Below, piece by piece: positions 62,484 through 64,000 of a stretch of DNA of 64,000 nucleotides; position 1 is the stretch's first letter; the number at the start of each line of letters is the position of its first letter. This stretch comes from Nostoc sp. Lineage in GTDB: Bacteria > Cyanobacteriota > Cyanobacteriia > Cyanobacteriales > Nostocaceae. Location of the stretch: contig JBALDB010000029.1 of the NCBI GenBank assembly GCA_036918135.1, positions 67,207 to 131,206 of the forward strand. The letters run 5' to 3'. The translations under genes were made by a program, and so were the position numbers. Under the pieces are notes generated by a model that saw only the letters and a program-made list of their open reading frames with translations, had not been told where the DNA came from and made no database searches.

Positions 62484-63854
62484 ATGCTTAATTTTATTTC
62501 TTATTTGTTTTTGGCTCAAGCAGCGCCATCTGTTGCACCTGCACCTCAGGAAATCTTTATTCCCCAACAAACAAGACCTTTAGAAGGCCATCTTGATACA
62601 GTACCAGTATTTAATAGTAATAACCCAGAAGTAGTTCAAACTGAAGGTATTCTGCTATCTACATTTCCTCCTCAAGGCAAAAAAGTGCCCAGCGCCCACC
62701 TGAACTTTCCATTTCAGGGACGGTTTGATTTATTTTCTCACCACATTGCTAGAGCAATCGAGACTCCAAATGATTTGCGGACTCTTTATTTGGGGGTGAT
62801 TGTTTACAATCCAAACGATCGCACTGCAACTATTGACATATTGCAAGCAGCTAGTTATGTTAGTCAACCCGATGCACCTTTTATTAAACTTCCCCCCATG
62901 CAGTCAAATAATTCCGGAAACATTTATGCTGGGCCAGGCGATCGCGTGATGAATGATGTACTACGAGGAAAACGACAGTCAGGATGGTCAGCGCAGTTAA
63001 TAATTCCACCAAAACAAAGTCGGATGTTAATGAATCATCCAATTCCAGTCCGGACTTTAACACCACCATTGAATGGACGTTCTACTTTGTTGCATTTAAA
63101 TAGCGATCGCCCAGTTTATATGGCGAACCTGGCGATGTTTGCTAAACCCAATCCAGATGGTAGCGAACGAGCGCCCACTTTAGAAGAATGGGAGAACTTA
63201 TTAGAAAATGGTAATTTAGCTGGGCCCCGCGAACCTGCCCCCAACCCTCCAAATAACCTCAAAGGGGCAGCTGAAATTTACGGACGGGTAGCGGGGGTAG
63301 CTATTGGCTCTCGTTGGCAAGCACAAGTTACTAACTCGAATAGTTCATATCTGGCAATTCCTGAATCAGGACAAGCTTTTTCCTACGGTTTAAGTACCCT
63401 TTTAGCGGGTAAAATGGGTACTGGACAAAACCAAACTGCCAAACTAGTGGCACGTTATCCTGGTACTGCTTACGAAGCTTACGGCAACTACGGCATTGAA
63501 TACAACATATCTCTACCATTAATCAACAATACTGGTAAGCCGCAAACTGTAAATGTGCTTTTCCAAACACCTATCAAAGAAGATGAGTTAAGTAAACCTG
63601 GGCTTCGCTTTTTTTCACCACCTCAACCAGCCGTCTTTTTCCGAGGTACAGTTCGTATTCGCTACAATGACGATAATGGCTTGCCCAGAACCCAATACTG
63701 GCATTTAGTTCAACAACGGGGACAGAAGGGAGAACCGCTTGCTCAATTAAAAATATCTCCTGGTCAGCGGCGACTGGTTGAAGTGGATTTTCTCTACCCA
63801 CCTGACGCTACGCCCCCTCAAATGCTGACAATTCAAACTGTAGACCAAAGATAA
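62484..63854 (+). CDS. DUF3370-like cyanobacterial protein
   Basis: VPVFNSNNPEVV..EGILLSTFP, YGNYGIEY, FFRGTV, YPPDATPPQ. Confidence 0.8.
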   Translation: MLNFISYLFLAQAAPSVAPAPQEIFIPQQTRPLEGHLDTVPVFNSNNPEVVQTEGILLSTFPPQGKKVPSAHLNFPFQGRFDLFSHHIARAIETPNDLRTLYLGVIVYNPNDRTATIDILQAASYVSQPDAPFIKLPPMQSNNSGNIYAGPGDRVMNDVLRGKRQSGWSAQLIIPPKQSRMLMNHPIPVRTLTPPLNGRSTLLHLNSDRPVYMANLAMFAKPNPDGSERAPTLEEWENLLENGNLAGPREPAPNPPNNLKGAAEIYGRVAGVAIGSRWQAQVTNSNSSYLAIPESGQAFSYGLSTLLAGKMGTGQNQTAKLVARYPGTAYEAYGNYGIEYNISLPLINNTGKPQTVNVLFQTPIKEDELSKPGLRFFSPPQPAVFFRGTVRIRYNDDNGLPRTQYWHLVQQRGQKGEPLAQLKISPGQRRLVEVDFLYPPDATPPQMLTIQTVDQR

Positions 63855-64000
63855 GACAAAGGATACATTTGTAATAGGTACTTCCAGGCTGGGGCAAAGT
63901 AATAGAACCCGCATTCCGCACCGAGAACTGGCACACAAAGAAAGCAGTAAGTAAATTAAGAAGTATGGTAAAAATTATGACAATAAGCTTAAACAAGTCA

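Noticed and set aside
63808..63996. Short minus-strand ORFs and a GC-rich stretch at the window end as gene or riboswitch
   Set aside because: No family motif matched and the context is truncated

Overview
Chromosomal window from a heterocyst-type (Nostocales) cyanobacterium. The assignment rests on abundant HIP1 GCGATCGC octamers, STRR heptamer arrays, apcD, pmgA and a K-box/CIRCE groESL promoter. The housekeeping backbone is gshA end, trmL, LysM/M23 peptidase, glcEF, ssuDE, ureDABC, groESL, rre1-like regulator, asnS, pmgA, rlmD, apcD, purL, purF, apt, FHA-PBP, lspA, bioY and pstSCAB. Accessory material includes an RTX-type protein with an exact 513-bp tandem duplication, an oxidoreductase island (FAD monooxygenase, PaoABC-type molybdoenzyme, PAO-like Rieske oxygenase), a KAP NTPase, a GxxExxY gene between ureB and ureC, an orphan ParA with two small ORFs, several pseudogenes and many miniature repeat elements. 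The most notable observations are: (1) an orphan 68-aa peptide with a microviridin/graspetide-type leader on a non-canonical core; (2) tiny in-frame insertions into HIP1 sites of glcE, one apparently supplying the start codon; (3) the inverted-repeat-flanked GxxExxY cassette; (4) a structured leader upstream of a Gly-rich repeat gene; (5) a probable NsrR1-like sRNA and a perfect Yfr1 seed complement upstream of the cell-wall peptidase. No tRNA, rRNA, CRISPR array or intact transposase was seen. All family calls come from motif recognition by eye; no searches were run.
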